Below are positions 36,255-41,747 of a stretch of DNA of 41,747 nt, in pieces. This DNA comes from a virus, in the IMG/VR virus record IMGVR_UViG_3300022696_000071, positions 1 to 41,747 of that record; one strand, written 5' to 3'. Positions within the stretch are counted from its first letter, which is position 1. The number at the start of each line of letters is the position of its first letter. The notes beneath the pieces are model-generated. The model saw only the letters and a list, made by a program, of their open reading frames with translations, was not told the origin of the DNA and searched no databases. Both the position numbers and the translations under genes were made by a program.

Positions 36255-38840
36255 ATGAATAAGAAATTAAAAACTAAATTTGGAGATTGTCTCAAATGTG
36301 ATTTAAACACAAAAGATAATAAGACAATGACAAAACTGGTATTTGGTGAGACAAATTGTCAAAACGACTTAGATTCTATTAAATTGTTAATATTAGGAGA
36401 AGCACCAGCTTATCAAGAAACTCTTGATAATAGACCATTCGTTGGAAAAGCAGGAAGAGTATTTAGAGCAGAATTTGCAAATTCTGGACTTATTAATATT
36501 CCACATTATATAACGAATATAGTAATGTGTTCAAATCTAAGTTATAATCCTATAACAAAAAATATAAAAACAAATAATCCGTCGCAACTTGCTATAGATT
36601 GTTGTAGTAGAAATTGGAAAGAATTAATAAATATATTATGTCCAGAATATATTCTTGCACTCGGATCATCTGTTCAAAAAGCACTTGATATAAAAGGAAG
36701 TGCAAGTCAATGTAGGGGAAAATTCTATTATTATGATGATCCAACATTTACTGGCTTTGTTCCACCACAAATATTTGCAACATATCATCCATCATATATT
36801 GCACGGGGAACAACACCAAAACATGTACGTAAACAATTTATATCTGATTTTTCAACTTTAAATAAAGAAATAACTAAAGAACCAAGTTTTATGACAGGAG
36901 AAATAGAAGAAGAGAAAAAGAATGATAAAGTTCAAAAATTTGATTTAAAGCTTAATAGTCCATATTCATTTGATATTCCAGATAAATTTAAAACTCAAAA
37001 TATTGTATTAATAGATATTCAAAAAGACAATTTCAATTCACAAATAATATATGTTTTTAGAGATGCAAATAGAAATAAATTTTATCATTATGCATCTGCA
37101 AGAGATAATTATTATTATGAATCAACTAAACTTAGTGATAATTGTGATATTCTTGAAAATGTAGAAAACGTGCATATTAAATTCGGACATCCCCCGAGGT
37201 ATGGATCACGTAGGGGATTATATGAAAGTGATTTATCAATAGAATACAAACACTCTATTGATTATTATCTACATAGAAAAAAAGATGAACTTCATTATGA
37301 TTTACAAATATTCTATTATGATATCGAAGTATATAATTATGGATCAAGAGAATTTCCAGATCCAAAAATTGCAGCAAGTCCGATAAATGCTATATCATTT
37401 AAAAATCATAATGATGAAATAAATTGTTATGTAGTCAATCCAAAATTTTTCAATTTAAATACTAATATAGATATCAATATAGAAAGTAAATCAAAATTTG
37501 ATTTTAAGCTCACTATATTTGAGAGTGAAAAAGAATTATTAGAAACTTTTATGAAAAAATTAAGAGAAGACAGTCCAGATATAATGATAGGATGGGCTAA
37601 TCATAATTTTGATATAATATATATATTTAACAGAATAAGAAAAAATAATTTAAAAGCAAGTGATTTATCTCCGATAGGAAGATGTAATATAAATCCAAAA
37701 AAATACGGAGATATATTTATAGGCGGCATATCATCTGTAGATATGCTTGAATTATATAAGAAATTTACATTTTCAGTAGAAGAATCTTATAAACTCGAAG
37801 CAGTTGCTCAAAAACAACTTGGTGAAGGAAAAATTAATTATTCTGGACCACTCGATGAAGTATACCAAAATGATTTTATAACTTTTGTTAATTATAGTGT
37901 TCAAGATTCAAGATTATTATATGAATTAAATGATAAACTTGGACATATAAAACTTGCTAATGAACTACGCAAGATTTGTAGTAGTACATGGAAAGGAGTA
38001 GAATCTACAATTGGCCTTATAGATCCATTATGTATATCATACGCAAAAAAGATGAATATTGTATGTAAAGATTCAGATATGGGTATAAATGAAAAATTTA
38101 AAGGAGCATATGTAAGAGATCCAGTACCAGGTCTTCATAGTTGGGTAGTTGATATGGATTTTGCATCAATGTATCCAAATATAATTATATCATGCAATAT
38201 TGGTCCAGACACATACATTGCAAAAATAGATGAGCAAATTGCTTATGATTATGTCTATAAAAAAGATAATGTTCCAAAATCATTTACAATAACATATAAC
38301 CCAATAACTAATTTCGACTCTACAACAATATCTTTAAATGATTTTGATAAATTTATGAGTAAAAATGAAGCGATTATTACAAGTGCTGGAACTATATTTA
38401 TTGGTCATGATAAAAAGCTATCATTTTTCAATAAGTTACTTACAATGCTTCTTGATTCACGAGTTAATTATAAAAACTTAATGAAAGATGCTAAACGAGA
38501 AGATAGAGAAGAAGACAGAGCAAGATTCTTTAATATTCAGATGGCGTATAAAATTCTTGCTAATTCAATTTATGGCGCTCTTGGCGCGTCTGTATTTAGA
38601 TTATATCGATTAGATCTTGCTAAATCGGTAACTTTAACGGGAAGAGAACTTACTCAATTTGCTGGTTATCATATGTCAAAATTTATGACTACTGATAATA
38701 AAGAAATAGATCCAGATTTTAAAGTTAAATCAAAAGAACATCAAAAGTATTGGATATATGCTGATACAGATAGCATATTTTTAGAAATTGGAGATTATAT
38801 GATAGATAAAGGTATTGCTGTAAGAGAGGAATTATCATGA
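36255..38840 (+). CDS. Family-B DNA polymerase N-terminal fragment: family-4 UDG-like domain + 3'-5' exonuclease + palm (motifs A, B, C), ending 25 aa after motif C. The thumb is absent
   Basis: UDG4-like GEAPAYQETLDNRPFVGKAGRVF and HPSYIARG, with CxxC (FGDCLKCD). Exo I YYDIEVY, Exo II WANHNFDIIYIFNR, Exo III YSVQDSRLLYEL. Pol motif A DMDFASMYPNII, motif B KILANSIYGALG, motif C YADTDSIF. The stop overlaps the queE start (ATGA). Confidence 0.85.
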   Translation: MNKKLKTKFGDCLKCDLNTKDNKTMTKLVFGETNCQNDLDSIKLLILGEAPAYQETLDNRPFVGKAGRVFRAEFANSGLINIPHYITNIVMCSNLSYNPITKNIKTNNPSQLAIDCCSRNWKELINILCPEYILALGSSVQKALDIKGSASQCRGKFYYYDDPTFTGFVPPQIFATYHPSYIARGTTPKHVRKQFISDFSTLNKEITKEPSFMTGEIEEEKKNDKVQKFDLKLNSPYSFDIPDKFKTQNIVLIDIQKDNFNSQIIYVFRDANRNKFYHYASARDNYYYESTKLSDNCDILENVENVHIKFGHPPRYGSRRGLYESDLSIEYKHSIDYYLHRKKDELHYDLQIFYYDIEVYNYGSREFPDPKIAASPINAISFKNHNDEINCYVVNPKFFNLNTNIDINIESKSKFDFKLTIFESEKELLETFMKKLREDSPDIMIGWANHNFDIIYIFNRIRKNNLKASDLSPIGRCNINPKKYGDIFIGGISSVDMLELYKKFTFSVEESYKLEAVAQKQLGEGKINYSGPLDEVYQNDFITFVNYSVQDSRLLYELNDKLGHIKLANELRKICSSTWKGVESTIGLIDPLCISYAKKMNIVCKDSDMGINEKFKGAYVRDPVPGLHSWVVDMDFASMYPNIIISCNIGPDTYIAKIDEQIAYDYVYKKDNVPKSFTITYNPITNFDSTTISLNDFDKFMSKNEAIITSAGTIFIGHDKKLSFFNKLLTMLLDSRVNYKNLMKDAKREDREEDRARFFNIQMAYKILANSIYGALGASVFRLYRLDLAKSVTLTGRELTQFAGYHMSKFMTTDNKEIDPDFKVKSKEHQKYWIYADTDSIFLEIGDYMIDKGIAVREELS

Positions 38841-39610
38841 CAATTTATTTAGCAGAAGAACCATTTTATAGTATACAGGGTGAAGGTCCAATTGTAGGAA
38901 AACCATGTATATTTTTTAGATTCACTGGATGCGTATTATCTTGTGATTTTTGTGATACAAAATATGCATGGTGGAATAAACATAAATATAAACTTGAAGA
39001 TTATAGTAGAGATAATCATAAAATACATAGATTATCTGATAGATATATAATAACTGGTGGTGAACCATTAATGCATGTTCATACAATAGAATTTAAAGAG
39101 TTTATAAAATCATTATTATCCATTGGAAGAGTATCTTTTGAAACAGTAATGCTGCCATCTACAGGAGATATAAAATCTCAATTATCTATGGGAGTAATTC
39201 ATTATATGAATAAAGTAGATGAAATATTTGATACTCATCCAGAAGATAGAAGATATATCATATCTCCAAAATTAGATTTATCATGCTATGATCGAAGTTA
39301 TCAATATTTCAATAATATAGATGAAGTAATAAACTATTACTCATTTGAAGAACATCAAACATGGTATAATACAATGTTCTTTTATAAATTAGTGTACAAA
39401 AAAGAATACGAAGAAAACATTCTTAAATTATTTAGAAGTACGAATATGGATTTTGACAGATTTTATATTATGCCATTCACACAATTACCATTTGATAGAA
39501 AAGAGTATATAAAATCTTGCAAAGAAACAATTGAATTTTGTAAAAAGCATGGGTTTATTTATTCACCACGATTACAATTTGATGTTTATGGAGATAAGAA
39601 AGGAGTATAA
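38837..39610 (+). CDS. queE: 7-carboxy-7-deazaguanine synthase (QueE, radical SAM)
   Basis: EPFYSIQGEGPIVGKPCIFFRFTGCVLSCDFCDTKYAW matches the QueE N-terminal signature including the CxxxCxxC cluster. ITGGEPLMH follows. Confidence 0.85.
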   Translation: MTIYLAEEPFYSIQGEGPIVGKPCIFFRFTGCVLSCDFCDTKYAWWNKHKYKLEDYSRDNHKIHRLSDRYIITGGEPLMHVHTIEFKEFIKSLLSIGRVSFETVMLPSTGDIKSQLSMGVIHYMNKVDEIFDTHPEDRRYIISPKLDLSCYDRSYQYFNNIDEVINYYSFEEHQTWYNTMFFYKLVYKKEYEENILKLFRSTNMDFDRFYIMPFTQLPFDRKEYIKSCKETIEFCKKHGFIYSPRLQFDVYGDKKGV

Positions 39611-39613
39611 AAA

Positions 39614-40267
39614 ATGTCAATATCTTTTATTGAATATACAGACCAAATAATAGGTGAATTTTCAGATGGAACTAATAGAATATTAGTAATTGGTCCTGGA
39701 TACACATGTACTGACTCATCATTAAATCATAATATTGTATGGGAATCAGTAGATGATAAATATATAGACCCAAAACCAATGATTGATATACCAAGAGATA
39801 CAATGATAATACAAAATAATTTAAATATGGATATAATTGAATGGTTTGAAGCATACAAGCATTCATATGAACGAAAGTTTAACTTATTTGATGTAGTAAT
39901 AATGTGTAGGGTATTTGAACATATAGAAATGAGAAGAGTTGATTATTTCTTATATAGTTTATACTCAATGTTATCTGTTAATAGTACTGTGATATGTACT
40001 GTTCCAGATATGGTAAATTCTGCATTACAGCTTGAAGAAGAATATAGAAAAGATAAACCAGATGCATTTAAAATACAACGATTAACATTTGAATTGTTTA
40101 ATGAAGGTCCAAGTGTGAGAGACAGACATGCGTTATGGTCAAGTAAATCATCTATAAAATATTTATTTGAAAGAGAGAATTTATTTAAATTTAATTCTGT
40201 TAATAAAATTGAACTTGATACTAATCTTGTACCAAATCAATTGGAATTCAGATTTTTTAGAAATTAA
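39614..40267 (+). CDS. Putative SAM-dependent methyltransferase-like protein (217 aa) between queE and the DpdA-like gene
   Basis: RILVIGPGYTCTD (motif I-like G-x-G) and DVVIMCRVFEHIE (motif II/III-like). AGGAG SD. Assignment by eye, weak. Confidence 0.4.
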   Translation: MSISFIEYTDQIIGEFSDGTNRILVIGPGYTCTDSSLNHNIVWESVDDKYIDPKPMIDIPRDTMIIQNNLNMDIIEWFEAYKHSYERKFNLFDVVIMCRVFEHIEMRRVDYFLYSLYSMLSVNSTVICTVPDMVNSALQLEEEYRKDKPDAFKIQRLTFELFNEGPSVRDRHALWSSKSSIKYLFERENLFKFNSVNKIELDTNLVPNQLEFRFFRN

Positions 40268-40279
40268 GAGAGTAATGAA

Positions 40280-41653
40280 ATGAATAAATTTATATGTGCG
40301 GCTATACCTTCTATTAGAAGACACTGTAATGTTGTATTTAAACATTATGATGAATATGCAGATAGAGAGGGATTAAATAAATTTTTATTGGATAATTGTA
40401 ATAAATTTTTATCTTCTGTGGGAATATCTTTAGATATTAAAAGATATGGTGGTGTAGATAATAATCTATTCAAACGATATAATACTATATTCAGAAATAT
40501 AAAAAATGAAGAATATATGAAAAATATAGAATTGGTATTAGATAGTGCTGGATACCAATTCCAATGTGGTTTATTTTCTAAATCACAAATACCAAAATTC
40601 ATTAAAATGTACCATAACTTTTTAATAAAAAATTATACTGAATATAATAATGCTTTCTTATTTGATCCTCTTCTTGGTGATATAGATGGTTATGATGAAA
40701 TGAAAAAATATAATATATACTCGTATGCAAAAGCTTCACAACTTCCAGTATATGTAAGAGATAAATTAATGTTTATATATCACTTTAGAACTCCACTTAT
40801 CAATAGATTATATAAGGAATTATTATTTGATTATAAACTTGGTGATCATTTTAATAATTTTGCAACTGGTGGATTGGTAGCATTTAATAGAACATCACGA
40901 AAAGGAATACCATGTATACTTTATACAATACCATTAATTTATATATTGAATCATGCAAAGCGTGTTGGATTAAGAAAATTTAGATTCCATATATTAGGAA
41001 ATGCAGAGTTTAAAGATATAATATTCCATAGATTAATCGAAAAACACGTAAAAGAAATTCATAATATTGATTTAGATATAACTTATGATAGTTCAACTAT
41101 ATTTAAATCATTTATGATGGGTAGATATTTCATATATAGTGATGACTCTGATCAATCATTATATAAATTATTTATTCGATCAGATACACTACATAAGAGA
41201 TTTAAAAATCACGGAACAAATGAAGATTGTTTCTATAAACTAATAAATGAAATTTCGAATACATACGGCTTCAAAGCAATAACAAAATCAGACGTTCCAG
41301 TGTACAATGAGCATAATCGAATCTCTCCACTATTGGCGTTTTATGGAATTCTTTTAATTTTGAGATTGTATGAAATATGTGACAAGTGGGCTATGGGTTC
41401 CATAGATCATCTGTACAGGCTTTACACACGCGGACATAATATTGAATTTAATAATAAACTAATAAATACTTTAACGAATTTAAATAATGGGGTTTTGTCA
41501 CGAACTATAAGATATAGATCAAATGCATTTATAAATAGTATGAATGCAATTGAAGAATTAGATATAGAATATAGTGATTATATTATAAAAACTTATTTAT
41601 CATTCGATGAAGATAAAAATCTGGCAAGAAATAGAGAATATATAATGAGGTAA
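40280..41653 (+). CDS. dpdA: DpdA-like tRNA-guanine transglycosylase family protein (candidate DNA 7-deazaguanine transglycosylase)
   Basis: LDSAGYQFQ ~ Tgt LTDSGGFQV. AFLFDPLLGD ~ VMAFDECTPY (catalytic Asp). FATGGLVAFN ~ YAVGGLAVGE. FHILGNAEFKDI ~ HYLMGVGKPDDI. DITYDSS ~ DMFDCVL (second catalytic Asp). Confidence 0.68.
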   Translation: MNKFICAAIPSIRRHCNVVFKHYDEYADREGLNKFLLDNCNKFLSSVGISLDIKRYGGVDNNLFKRYNTIFRNIKNEEYMKNIELVLDSAGYQFQCGLFSKSQIPKFIKMYHNFLIKNYTEYNNAFLFDPLLGDIDGYDEMKKYNIYSYAKASQLPVYVRDKLMFIYHFRTPLINRLYKELLFDYKLGDHFNNFATGGLVAFNRTSRKGIPCILYTIPLIYILNHAKRVGLRKFRFHILGNAEFKDIIFHRLIEKHVKEIHNIDLDITYDSSTIFKSFMMGRYFIYSDDSDQSLYKLFIRSDTLHKRFKNHGTNEDCFYKLINEISNTYGFKAITKSDVPVYNEHNRISPLLAFYGILLILRLYEICDKWAMGSIDHLYRLYTRGHNIEFNNKLINTLTNLNNGVLSRTIRYRSNAFINSMNAIEELDIEYSDYIIKTYLSFDEDKNLARNREYIMR

Positions 41654-41657
41654 TTAT

Positions 41658-41747
41658 ATGAAAAAGAGAAAAAAAAGAGAATTAATTCTATCGTTAACAA
41701 AAAAAGACTTTGTTATACAAGCATACAAAGGAAGTGGACCAGGAGGG
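41658..41747 (+). CDS. Partial (N-terminal 30 aa) GGQ-motif peptidyl-tRNA hydrolase / ArfB-like release-factor domain protein
   Basis: MKKRKKRELILSLTKKDFVIQAYKGSGPGG... matches the ArfB/RF pattern L..S......F...RGSGPGGQ. Truncated by the window end. Confidence 0.4.
   Translation, partial: MKKRKKRELILSLTKKDFVIQAYKGSGPGG

Noticed and set aside
10935-40602. Other short antisense or embedded ORFs from the track (10935-11207, 11392-11607, 15063-15266, 15285-15533, 16405-16599, 17679-17870, 21613-21801, 22096-22404, 24226-24423, 26665-26862, 28901-29092, 29442-29633, 29983-30330, 31813-32019, 35384-35647, 39672-39866, 40345-40602)
   Set aside because: Each lies wholly inside a longer, motif-supported gene, either on the opposite strand or in another frame, and lacks ribosome-binding sites. 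They are judged non-coding.

Overview
This is an AT-rich (roughly 27-30% GC) segment of a large virulent phage genome with a T4-like replication module. It carries two transcription blocks separated by a 1.4-kb non-coding hub at 18900-20333 and a divergent promoter region near 28210-28340.

- **Leftward genes.** A giant (>2700 aa, runs off the window) repeat-rich tail-fibre/adhesin-like gene; a thymidylate-synthase-family gene interrupted by two LAGLIDADG inteins; a gp61-like primase; a gp44-like clamp loader; several hypothetical proteins; and a glycosylation locus with an HldE-type heptose-7-phosphate kinase, a SAM methyltransferase and several glycosyltransferases.
- **Rightward genes.** A GT9 heptosyltransferase; QueC-like, QueE and DpdA/TGT-like 7-deazaguanine genes; a P-loop kinase; a highly acidic protein; a DEDD exonuclease; a dCTP-deaminase-family protein; and a family-B DNA polymerase that is split into two genes in inverted order (thumb gene upstream of a UDG-like+exo+palm gene).
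- **Caveat.** All protein calls rest on motifs recognised by eye; no database search was run.
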